Shown here one piece after another: positions 21,501 to 33,869 of a DNA stretch of 64,000 nt. The notes under the pieces are model-generated. The model was not told the origin of the DNA. It saw nothing but the letters and a program-made list of their open reading frames with translations, and made no database searches. The first letter of the stretch is position 1. The number at the start of each line of letters is the position of its first letter. Made by a program: the position numbers and the translations under genes. The stretch covers positions 620,001-684,000 of the forward strand of contig OZ361258.1 in assembly GCA_977018835.1 (NCBI GenBank), in the 5' to 3' direction. This stretch comes from Minutocellus sp. GHC0000111. Taxonomy: Eukaryota.

Positions 21501-24500
21501 CCATTGATATTGTGAGATCAAAGGAATCATCAAATTTTGTTCTACCCACATATTCACCAAATTCGTTGCCGCTACCTGAACCGACGCTCTCCCCGGGGTC
21601 ATCTTCTTCTACCACTTCTGGCACCACACCATCTACCTCTCCTCCGTCCCCCAGCACACTCCAAACAAGTTCATTTGCTGGCAACGTCGGTTCATATGGA
21701 ATATTTTTTGACCTAATGCCTCTCAAAGAGATGGAATTGAAATCATTGTCGTTTCATACGGACCTAACGAGTCTAACTCAGGTACAAGTGAGATTTAGGA
21801 GAGGCACCTACGTTGGCTACGAGAGAGACGCTTCAGCCTGGCAGCTTATTTGCGATACCGAAGTCTTTGGACGAGGCTTCATGTCCCTGACTCCCATAAG
21901 CCAATACGTATTCCAGTCACAATATCTCGCTGCTGCGGAGAGAGTTGCCGTATATGTGACACTCCAGACGCCTAATCTTCGGTACTCGAAAGCCGACTTA
22001 GGGGTTACTGACGGAGGAACAAACGCCGATCTTCACATCTACCCTGGTTCGGGTGTTGGTGGGTATCCTTTCGGCACTACCATTGCGCCGAGGTTATTTG
22101 ATGGCCAGCTGAACTACGAAACGATAGTTGTGCCAACTGCGAAACCGACTCCAGAACCGACCGTCTACATCCCACCAGACATTGCACAAAATCAACAAGA
22201 GGTGATCACAACATTTGCGTCCGGGAACGGCGGCTACGGGAGCATGTTTGATGTCACAGCAAAGCCAGATCGGACCCTTGTCCTCAAAACGCTGGACATT
22301 CATACTGACTCCCTCGATGAAGTTGACGTACAAGTGTTCATGGTGTTGGGATCGTATGCCCCATACTCGTTTGATGCAGCTGCATGGACTCTCATTTGCG
22401 AGACAAAGGTCAGAGGCGAAGGATACTTTGCCAGAACACGGCTGCCAGAAGAAGATTTTGCCAAGGTTGCTATTCCAGGTGGTGAAACAAGAGGATTTTA
22501 CGTCTCACTCCGATCACCCTCGCTCCGTTACAGCGAAGTGACGGCTGTTAGTGGAAGGCGTAGACTGCAGGGAAAAGAAGACCTGCAAGTGGGTTCGGTG
22601 TGGAGTGAAACTCGAGACGTTGCTGTCCACGTTGGTGCTGGTTTGGCACTCGACGAGTGGAGTGGGCTTTACGAGCCCAGAGTGTACAACGGTGCGTTGG
22701 TATACGCGTGTGTAGGCGAGCAATGTGAGGCCGAAGACGACGGCGTTGTCATCAGCACCTTTGCAAACTATACGGACCAGTCGTCGAGGTCGGTGTCGCC
22801 CACACCCACAGCCCTACCCTCGCCCTCACCATCACGGCGCCCGACCGCATATCCGACGCTGAGACCATCAAACCCACCTACATCAGCAGCGCCTACAGTA
22901 ACACGCGATACGGGCGTACTAACAACCATTCGTGAAGGGGGATCAGGTGCCTTTGGGAATGTCTTTGATGTCAAAATAGCAGATGGAATCCCCGGTGTCG
23001 AAATTTCTTCCTTTGACATTTATACGGATCGAACTATCAGTCTTGACGTCGAGGTATGGAACATTGCTGGATCAGCTTTAGGCGCCGAATTTCCCAGTTC
23101 TGAATGGGTCATGATTTGCAAGACGACGGTTTTCGGTGCTGGATCAGACGAGTTCACTCCTCTGCCACTATATGACTTTAAACCCGTACAAATCTCGGAA
23201 CACGTTCCTGTGATGGGCTTTCTAATCGTCGCTACGACTCCTGATATTCGTTATACGTCTGATCCTTCAAAGGACTATGGAGTTCTATCTTCAGACGAAT
23301 ATATTTTGGTGAGGAAGGGAGACGGGGCGGCGAGCTATCCCTACCGTGGGACAGTGTCAGGTGCTACCACACCCCATCGACTATTCAATGGTCGTGTACA
23401 TTGTGAGTATTTTTTAGCTGTCTTGCTTTGATTTCATTGTGCTTCATCTGTGGCAAGTCAATATTAAATTATTCATTGTTCTGACCCTTGTAATCATCGA
23501 ATCGAAACTCTCTCTCTTTTATCAATGGGGTCACAGACACCGTCCTGGCATCGCCCCCTTCTTTGCCTAGCCCCCCTCCTCAGACTACCACTTCATCATC
23601 GCCATTCAAATCCTTGGCAACACCACGCGATGCGAATTCTGCAGCATATGGTAATTTATTTGACGTAGCCTTGAATGATGGGTCATCGGGGATTACTATT
23701 GAGTCCATCGACTTTTACACGGAGAGGATAGACCGCGTGAAGGTGGAGGTGTGGACTCGGAGGGGCTCTGGCCTTGGAGCTGATTTTCCGGACTCGTCGT
23801 GGACACTAATTGGAAAGTCCGAAGTCACGGGTGCAGGACAGGGTGCTTTCACCAGTATTCCAAAAGTCGATTTTAATACGGTCGAGCTGTCATCGCGAAT
23901 TCCACTTCGCAGCTTCATTGTGATGTTATTCAGTCCGGCTATACGCTACACTGTTGACGAAACGAAGCGCTATGGCGTCTTGACTTCGGATGATCACATA
24001 TCGATGTGAGTTCTCCGGTACTGACGCTACAGTTGATTTGTTTTTCTTATTTATGTTGTCCTTCTGTTCATCTCACCTTACTTTCACCATCTATTACAAC
24101 TTATTTTATAGATTTAAAGGCAATGGCATTACGTCCTATCCCGGAACACGGGTAGCTTCCTTTGCCAAACACCGCAATTGGAACGGTCGAATCCACTACA
24201 AAGTAGGGTCGCCGCCAGCCACCAGCATTGCTCCCGATGGCGAGGAGAGCGGTGCCGCACCACCAAGCTCGACGAACATTTTATCAACAATGAAGGCAGG
24301 TGGGTCTGGCTCGTTCGGTAATTTATTTGACTTGCGCAAACATCCGAGCAGTCCAGGCGTCCTCATCGAATCTATCGATATTTACGCTGATGTAACTAAG
24401 GAAATCACGGTGGAAGTTTGGACTAGAGAAGGATCGGCGATAGGGGCGCCATTTCCCGACGCTAGTTGGGAAATGGTCTCCAAGGCGACTTTACTTGGCG

Positions 24501-24805
24501 CAGGCAGGGGGTCTTTCACCGCCATCCCCGCGAACCAATTCAAACCAGTAGAAGTCTCAGTCTCGGTCGCAACGCGAGGATTCCTCGTGATCTTGACATC
24601 GCCCGATATTCGCTACACTCCTCACGAAAAGGGGGAGTATCCCCCAGCAGACGAGGACTACGGTATCATAGCTCACGATGCCAACATCGCAATAACTTCC
24701 GGCGACGGAGTCGGAATGTACCCATACCGTACAGGAAAGAGAGGAGGCACTACAAAGTTCCGTGCCTGGAATGGCGCCGTGCACTACAAAATGCTTCCAG
24801 GATGA
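18565..24805 (+). CDS. M6-family (immune inhibitor A-like) zinc metalloprotease with six C-terminal repeats, 6 exons, internal TAA at 20768-20770
   Basis: HELGHFLGLPDLY, FDANGDGLID, IWSHKW, GIGSFGLMGNSWG, EYLLIENRQ, IWHIDE. Introns 19957-20103, 20427-20577, 20898-21029, 23403-23536 and 24006-24111 all preserve frame. Start codon uncertain. Confidence 0.9.
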
Positions 24806-25122
24806 TCAATATGTATGTGGCAAGTGACACGAAGTTGTTGATGAAAGGAATATCGATCATTCCAGATAGATAGGGAGCCCTACAGTATTCGAACATGGCA
24901 TTGTCTCGGCTTGGAGCTGACCGACAATGACATTGAAGCTGATAACACTTACCTAGGTACAGAAAATCTTCAAATATTAATCTTTAGCTTATGTAGCTGT
25001 CGTACATGCAAATGTAGTGCGTGTGTGCTGAGTTAGCTGCACTTGAGCTTGCTGGCTAGCATTGAAAACACAAATGAAATTATAAAAAGCTCCCTATCAC
25101 AAGAGCATCAATGACACACAAA

Positions 25123-28100
25123 TCAGGCCTTCAAACCGTAGCGCTCGTTGTAGGAATCGAGCTTCTTGAGCTTCCTGAGGCCACGAGGTACCTGAAGGCC
25201 AAAGAGTGCGGCAGCGCCAAAGGCCAACTGTGTCGGTATCTTGGATGGTATGGTCCCGAAAATTGTTTCCTTGGCTAGCGATGCCAAGGCAATGCCGGTG
25301 TTGAGAAAGAGACACGACAATACCGCATTGAACGTATTCTTCTGTAGCAATTTATTCCGTTCCATCATTCGTTCGACCTCGAGTGCTCGGACTCGTAGCT
25401 TGAAGTCACCCTTCTCCAACCTTGCCGCAATGTCTTCAATCTTGGCAGTCTGTCGAGGTTGAGTGATGAATTGATTGATGTCCACCGGTCTCAAACCAAC
25501 TCGCTTCCCTAGTCGAAGCAACGTCGTCTTGAACGCGTTGCCGTCCTTGAGGTCGAGAAGTTCCTTCAGGTATGGTAAAGTTATCCGGGTCAAATCATAT
25601 TTCGGGTCGAGCGTCTTGCCGATGCCATCTAAACTGAAGAACGCGCGGAACACAAAGGTCCAAGTAGGAGGGAAAACGAAGGGAGTATCGGCATTAAGGG
25701 ACAAGAACTCTTCGCCCAGTTGTTTCCGCCGTTGTCGGGTTATTCTCTTTCGTTCTTCAGCATCGAGCTGGTCGTCCCACTTGCCGTCAACCTGAAGAGT
25801 TTCCTGAAATCGATCGATGAAATCCTGACCAACGCGTTCAACGGCAATTCTGTCCACATCGCCGCCCATCCGCAGCATCCCTAGCCTTTCGAGGGCATCA
25901 CATGCTGCCTTGACATCTGCATCGTAGTAAATGGCAAAGAAGAAATCCACCAAGCCTTTCCTCTCGTTGGAACCGAAGCTGTCCATCATGCCAAAGTCAT
26001 AAAATATGATGCGATCCTCGCCTCGAGGACCCTTCTCGCAAGCAACATTACCCTGGAGGAATGGAAACGATGTGCACAGGTAGAGCAAAAGAATGTATAC
26101 CGTGAGCACACACATATTAAAGAATTGGCACAGGACGAGCAATGTCTGCCCCGACAACATAGACCTGGATGACCTACCGGGTGAGGATCCGAATGGAAAA
26201 ATCCGTGACGACACAACTGCTCCAGGAAGCTCTGGGCAGATTTGGTGGCGATGTCGACTGGATCAATACCGGCTTCGATCAACTTCTCTTTGTCGGTGAT
26301 TTTCTTTTGTTGAGACGAGATTTTGCGCAAAAGCGAGTGTCGGGTAAGAAGAAATTGGATATTATTTGTTTGATGAGACAAAGGAGAAGCCAGGTAAAAA
26401 TCATGTTGGCAAGAAAAACTACGTACGATACCAGGACAAAATTCCATCGCCATAACCTTCTCGGTTGTAAATTCTGGATATGTGTTTGGGACCTTGATGT
26501 GGCGAAACTTTGGGTCGTCAAAATTCTTACGGAATCGATCACAATTCTTGAGTTCATTGAGATAGTCAATCTCTTCACAGAGTAGTCGCTTGCTTTCTTC
26601 GTACACGCTGACCCAATCTCTCTGCGTGTTGCGATCCAACAAACCACCCTCGGACTGCAAGTCAAGTGCATCGGCAAAAACTGCGAGTTGTCGTAGTTGG
26701 CCAAGGTCCACATCGAAAAGCTCTCTCAAGTACTGCCGCTGCACCTTGATTGCGAGCTTCTGATCTCCAATGGTAGCGACGTGAACTTGCCCCAGCGAAG
26801 CCTGTGTGTGGTACCGAAAATAAGTAGAGATTGAGTTGGTGTGGATGGAATACTAAATCAGCACGACAAAGACGGCGGCAATGTACATAACATTGCGTAG
26901 AGGCACAACGAGACTTACCGCCGCAAGCGATGTTCGGTTGAATGTATCGAACAATTCATCGATTGGCTTTCCGAGCTCTTCTTCAATGATCTGAACTGCG
27001 ATATCACTCGAAAATGGTGGCACCTTGTCCTGCAAGTTCTTCAACTGTTCGATATATTCTTTTGGCACAATATTAATACGAGTAGAGAATAATTGTCTGT
27101 ACGAACACAGAATAGAACGATGAAGAGAGAAAAGATTATGAGATAAACGATGCGTTAGCGAAATGATGACGAGGTCAACAATATGTAAAGACACCTTCAA
27201 AGAACGCAACTCACCCAACCTTTGGTGGTAAAAAATATCAAGAGCGGAAGGAAGATGATGATGATGAGGGATTCGTTAGGCAAATATTTGACGAGATAAA
27301 CGATGTATAAGAACATTTTGAACCTCACTTTGATGAAGGTGGGGCCAAGCTTGAGCAAATTCTGCGTCACTTCTGCGCCCAACTTTGACCGTTCCTCCGA
27401 AAAATTTTCCTCCGACCACTTGCCGCTATTGAACTTGTTCTCCATCCGTTTCTCCTTGAGGTAGAACGAGGCGAAGTAGCCCCAAATTTCGGCAGACCGT
27501 CTCATGATGGCCCACTTCCGCGCCAACGGACCCTTGGCAGCAATCTCACCCGTCCGTTTCCACCCGGCCTGCATCTGCTTGGCATCCTTCATAAATTCAT
27601 CGTACGACTGCATCTTCTTCTTGCTTCTGCCGCCGCGGACCTTGGACGGGCTGCCGAACAAAGCGGACAAGCCGCGGAAAAACGACAATGCCGCCATCGG
27701 AGGACCCTTGACCTTGTTGATCCAGCGGAACAGCAGCGTGATGCTGTAGTACAACGGCGCCACATTCAGATTGCGTAATATCTCACTGGTCTTGAGTCTG
27801 CGAGAGGTTTCCATCACGGTCGAGTTGGCGCCGGTTAGGATGAGTTCTCTCCGATGCTCCTCCAGCTCCCGTCGTCTGGTTTCCTCATCCGCCTCGCTCG
27901 CTTTGGCTGCTGCCGACGACGACGAGGAGGGCAGCGTCGCCAATTTGGCATCGCTAAAGGCAAAGTCCTCCAGTGGCCGAACAAACACCTTCTCCAGCTC
28001 CATCATCTGCCGTTCCATCTCCCTCTTCTGCGCCCTGGTCAATTCCTCGTTCAGCTCGGCGATGTAGGTGAGCAATTCCGACGACTGCTGCGCCATGGCT

Positions 28101-28810
28101 TGCTGCTGCGCGGCCGGCTGGACCAGCAGCTTTTCCTCGAGGATCTCGGTCATATTGCCCAATATGTCCTTGGTGCCATCCGTCATTTGTCGGTTCATCT
28201 CCTCAATGGTCACTGTGACGTTCTTGCTGAAATCTTCGATGATGTCCGTCATGTTGATGTTGACATTTACTACCGAATCAGTCAGGTTGAATACGTCGGT
28301 CGGGGGCGCCGATGCATCGGACGACGCAGATACCTGGTGATGCTGAGGTTGATGGCCATTCTCCGACAACGTAGAATGCGCATCCTCTGTGCCATTGATG
28401 ACCACGTCAATGGTATCAGCAGTTGCTATGGTCGTCTCTACCTCCGCCTTGTGCTGACCATTCTTTCGCTTCTTATTATTGTTATTCTTTGTGCCCCGCC
28501 TTTTGGCCGTCTTGTCCTTGTCTCTGGTGAGCAACTTGAGATTGATTGCCGTCGATGTTGTACTAGTACTCGTACCGGTGGAGGGTGTCGCTGCTGTTGA
28601 TCGCCGCCGACCGATGATTGCTGATGCCGATTTCCGTGGGGCATGTGATGTGCTTGTATGCGCATGCGGTCCGGGGACAAAGGCCGAACATGTGCTGGTG
28701 GATGCGCCGAGGAGCACCCCGTGTAGTAATAAGATGCCAGAAGCTGTGCGAAGGCGGTCAAGAGGACTGCGCCGCCGCGCTGACGATGACACTGTCCTTC
28801 TCTGTCCCAT
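25123..28810 (-). CDS. ABC1/UbiB atypical kinase, likely plastid-targeted, 6 exons (28810-27329, 27219-27215, 27096-26919, 26801-26427, 26303-26178, 26052-25123)
   Basis: Spliced motifs [81 protein letters not shown]. Presequence ends CSA-FVP. Confidence 0.93.
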
Positions 28811-29290
28811 CAGCACCAATGCAATGCAGAATTTGCTTGATGTGATGGGGGCCGCTTGACACCACCTTAGTTTGCGAGAGCTTTTTTGACGAATGACACC
28901 TCAAAATGATACACAATAAAACAGATATTAATACCACAAGTAAGTAGAAAATAGCACCAGCACTAGATGCGCCAATGATGGATAGGACGCAAAGATCAGT
29001 GTGTATCCCAACGGGCTCATTGGCATTCAACGAAATCGAAAGTGAAGTACGAGCTCGTACCTAGGTAAGATGCAACAGCGCAAATCTTCAAAGCAATCTT
29101 GCAAGTGACACTTCCGGGTTTCTGCCTTCTTGACTGACTCGACTCGACTCGCTCGATTGTGGTCTACCGGCCTTCAGAGGAAGATCAAGATACGATGATA
29201 CATCGAACACAGTACCTCCCTCCGCTGATTCTCCCAACTCTATGCAACTTAGTAGAACATGGGTTTGAGGGAATTTAAAACTAACTAACT

Positions 29291-29292
<2 letters not shown>

Positions 29293-29322
<30 letters not shown>
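29293..29322. repeat. (GA)n microsatellite
   Basis: About 15 GA units in the intergenic region between the ABC1 kinase and the ion channel. Confidence 0.95.
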
Positions 29323-29327
<5 letters not shown>

Positions 29328-29620
29328 CTCTGGGAGCCGGTACTGTAAGCTGACTTAGCAATTGCAACGGCAGCAATCGCAGATGGTTGTGGCTTGGTCA
29401 GTTGAGACGAGAGGAGGCGAAGGTGGTGGTCAGCAGAAAAACTGGGCACTACAGGAATGCAGTTTTAGTGCCTGCTGCTAACCACCGTCGCCAGCTCATC
29501 CCCACCGTGCGGTACCCACAACGGCGCCTCGTCATGTGTTACTTATTGCCCGGCCGGCCGCGTACGCGTGTGCACTGAGGATCCACCCACTTGCTTGACT
29601 TGACAGAATACCATACCACG

Positions 29621-32600
29621 ATGGCGGCCGGAACAGCAGCAGCAGCCACCACCAGCAGGGAGAAGGTCCACGCCTTTATCGCTGCCAAGACCACCGCCGG
29701 TCGATTGTACTCGCGATTCTCCGTGGCGTTGATATTGGTCAACATCGTCGCCTTTGTGCTCGGAACGCTCTACATCCCAAAGTACTACGACCCCAACTTT
29801 GTACCCTTCGAATGTGGAAGAACATGCGACGCCTTGTGGTTCGGCAACAGCCCCGACAATGAATTGCCATTTCTCAACTTAGGCGCCACAAGCGCTCTGG
29901 AGATCTTCACCGTGCTTTTATTTTAAGTCGAACTCATGGCTAGACTCTGGACAGCCGACCTGGAAAAGGATGCCTACAAGGGATTAGTTGGACGTATCAG
30001 ACTGCTCTTGACGTTCGATTGCCTCGTTGATTTGGCCAGCATCATTCCCTTCTATGCCGACTCGTTCCTCCTGCGCAAGACGGATGTCTACGCTTCTCAG
30101 GCTCTGAGGATGTTCCGTCTCTTCCGTATGCTAAGGATTGATTCTCGGTTTGACTTTGCTCTGTGTCTCTTGGATGATGTGCTCATCGAACAGCGTGCGC
30201 TTTTGGGGACGGCAGCCTTTGTGGGCGGAACGATCTGGTTGGTATGTTCCAGTCTCTACTATCTGTTCGAACGGCGCAATACCGACATAATCTACTGCGG
30301 TGCTGCCCCGGACTACTGTGGAGAGGAGGGTGCGATCGATACCAGCTTGTGCACCTTTGATAAATTCGGCTTTGTGGATTGCTCGGCTGCCGGCTGCCCA
30401 CCCACTGACGAATATCCCGAGCCTTGCTACAGTTTTTTTCGAAGCGTCCCGATGGCCAGTTATCTAACTCTGTTGAACTTGTTTGGTGAATATCCAATGA
30501 TTTCAAATCACTCCCCTCTCGGCATGGTGTTTGGTACTATCGTGGCGCTGATTGCAGTGGCCTTCTTTGGCATCCCCGCGTCTATCATCGGCAGTGGATT
30601 TGAGGATATTATAACTCGACGAAAAGATGAAATGATGGAGATCAAACATCGAAGTGCCGCTGTGGATGTATTGGAAGAAGAAGAGCAAAAGCAGGAAGAA
30701 GAGCATGCCTTTGTGGCCCACGACGAAGAGTCGTCTTTGTCGGCTCGTCTTTACAACTTTTTGCTTGCTCAAACTGGATTCTGGTCGATATTCTTTGAGT
30801 ACTATACTCTAGCCCTAGCGGTTGGATCCTCCTTTGCCTACATGCTGGATACAATGGAAGTCAAAGATTCAACTTCAAACCTGCACGCATTCTTTGGGCA
30901 GTTGGAAATGGTGACAGCTCTTGTCTTCACGATCAAATATGCTTCAAAAGTATATTCCATTGTGGAGAATCCAAAGTATGGCGGAAAAGGAAATGTCAGG
31001 GGGCGAATTGCATACATGAAGAGTTTTTCGGCTCTGGTGGATCTGGTATCCTTTCTCCCCTTTTGGATTGGCTATTCTACCACCATTGATGGGATTTTAA
31101 CGGGCGCCATCCGTTTCGTTTTTCCAAGTGCCCCGAGCTTGGGCAGCACTACACAGTGCCTCCGGCTTCTTCGTCTGCTCAAGTTTGAGCGCTACACAAA
31201 GGCATTTACTACATTTGACGATATCATCCGTGAAAACATTGATGTTTTGGCTGTAACTGGCTTTACTGCCACGATCATGTGGGTGTTCTTCTCCTCGGTG
31301 CTGTACTTTACAGAGAGAGATAATCCTGATGCCGAGACCGCTTCTTATTATTCGACGGTGCCGCGAAGCATGTGGATCACACTGCTTAATCTGAGTGGCG
31401 AAGTCCACTGTCCAACTACTCCACCGCTGGAAAGGTGGTTACAGCAATGATAGGCCTTGTCGCTTCGGGACTATTTGGTATACCCATCGGTGTACTCGGT
31501 GGTGGATTCGAAGAATTGGCCGATGAGGAAGAAGAGGGGGAAGTCGATTCTGAGGATGAAGGTGACGATCAGTATGAAGGAGTAGACGGTAATAAGTGCA
31601 AGCCCTTCGAGAGAAGTTGTTTTCAGTTCGTCAATGGGGTTGGTTCCAAGGCTGCCGGCATGTTTGAGCTTGTTACATACACTCTCATCGTTGCATCGGT
31701 CGCCCTGGGCATTGTCCAAACTGTCCCTAGCTACGAGAACTTTATGCAGGAATTCGATGTCGTGGTTGTCCTATTTTTCGCAGTGGAATATATTCTGAGA
31801 TTCGTTGGTGCCCCTGCTGATCCAGCCTTTGCCACTGATACAACCACGCTTGGCGGTCTCAAGGCAAGACTTCGATTTGCATGCTCCCTGTTCTCCGTTA
31901 TTGATCTCCTAGCGATCATTCCATTCTTCTATGCCAGCGCCTTTCCTGGCTCTTGGATTGACCGCCACGACGAGTATCTGCGTATGCTCCGCCTCTTCCG
32001 TCTGCTGAAACTTGAAAAGTACTTCCCAAGCCTCACCCTCATCGATGATGTCTTTCGCCTAAAGAAGCAAAAATTGATCAAGACGGTGTTCGCGGCAGGA
32101 ACTCTGTGGATCTTCTTTACGTCGCTCCTGTTCCTGGCGGAAAGTGAGGACACGTCCAACGGAATAGATCCCGTCCCTCTCTACGGATGCAGTGCGTATG
32201 ATGATGAAGCCAATATTCGTAAGAAACGATTCTTCCTGGGAATAGGCCAGGGAAAGAAAAAGCTGGTTGCCAATGAAATGGATTGCACAATGAGCGACCG
32301 TTTCACCAACTTTTTCGACTCCTTCGTCTACACTGGGATCCACCTCACGGGCGACTACCCATTGATCGAATACAATACCCTCGGCCGAATCATCAACTTC
32401 TTTATTGTTGTTGCAGCAGTTGGTGTGGTGTCTATTCCCGCTGGTCTCATTGCCAGCGGATTCTCGGAAATTATCGAGGGAAGAGTAGAAAGGAAGAGGA
32501 GTCGCAGAAAATCTACGGCCAAGCGCGGCAATGCCGGTGACGATTGGTACGAATTGCGTCTCGCGGAGTTGCAGGGCCAAGATCCCCCCAATTCCAGATT

Positions 32601-33540
32601 CGGTCCGGCTTGCGACGACTTGCAGCTTGCTGTGCATAACTTCCTCAATGGAAACAGCACAGCATCTGTCATTTTTCGATGGGTTATGGCGACCGTCACC
32701 TGTGGAAACGTCCTGGCGGTCGTGTTGGAGAGTATTCCCGAGGTTGCAAGATATCTCGATGTCGAGATTGATTTTGACGTGATTGGGACATACGAAATGG
32801 TTTCCGTGGCATTCTTCACCGTTGAGTATTTGCTTCGCTTATTTTCAGCTCACAAGAACGTCCAAGCTCTCTACTCTCCGTGGACCTACGCCACTACATT
32901 CTTTGGCCTCGTCGATTTGATCTCGATCCTCCCATGGTTTGTATTTATGTACCTTCGTGCGTTTGGTCATGTTGCATCTGGAAGCGAAATCGCGGACGTC
33001 TTTTCTATTTTGAGAGTCTTTCGTGTCTTGCAAATCGAAGGCCTGTGGGGCGTTGCCTTCTCCAAGCTGGACAAAGTCTTTCGTGCAAGTAAGGAAGTCC
33101 TCAAGGCCTCAGCTCTGATGGCCATGATCGTATGGATCGGGTGTGCTGCGCTGTTCTATATCTTCGAACAAAACAATCCAAACTTTCGAGAATGCGATGC
33201 ATCTGTCCCTCTCTTTGGAACGGAGGAGAAGTTGGGCTGCTACGACTTTGCATCTACTGCCGAATGCAATGAATTCTATCCCGGAAAGTGCACTCAAACG
33301 GCATTTGTGGATCTGCCAAGCTCTCTGTTTTTGGTCGCCGTCTTTTTGCAAGGCGAGTGGGGTCTCACAGATTTTACCTGGCCAGGCCGATGTGTATGCA
33401 TGTTTATGTGTGTGGCAGGAATCGGCCTTTACGCTATACCGGTCGGTAGTCTGTTTGATAGCTTTGGAGCCGTCATCGGAATGGGAGATGCTGAAGAGGG
33501 TGGGGAAGAGGACGACAGCGAAAAGGAGAAGATGGATTAG
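29621..33540 (+). CDS. Four-repeat (4x6TM) voltage-gated-family cation channel, interrupted by TAA at 29924-29926 and a frameshift near 31400
   Basis: Four sets of S2 (FxVEYxxR-like), S3 (VDLxxIxPF), S4 (LRMFRLFRMLR, LRLLRLLK, LRMLRLFRLLK, LRVFRVLQ), pore and S6 (xIPxx..GF/SF). ORFs 29591-29926 and 29936-31450 share a frame. Confidence 0.88.
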
Positions 33541-33869
33541 GAGTTCTTACCAATAGTTGGAAATTCACCATATACCGTAAGCTCTTCATGGAGATCTAGA
33601 AAAAATCAGTGTTGTTGATTCGGTACGACGCACTCATAATAAACTGGCCGGACTTGGAGGACGCCAATCCTGCTGTCCTGAGCTGATGACGCCGAAATTT
33701 TCTGGAACAGGTTTCCGTACTTTTCTATTTCAGCTTCGCCGAAGACGCCGAAGACGCCCTGACTGACTCATTCATCGGCGGCATGAGGCATGAGGCAGAT
33801 GCCCGCCGCCGGTCCCACGAAGCTCATACCTCCGTCGCTCATAACACGTACCTAGGTACCACGAGAAAA

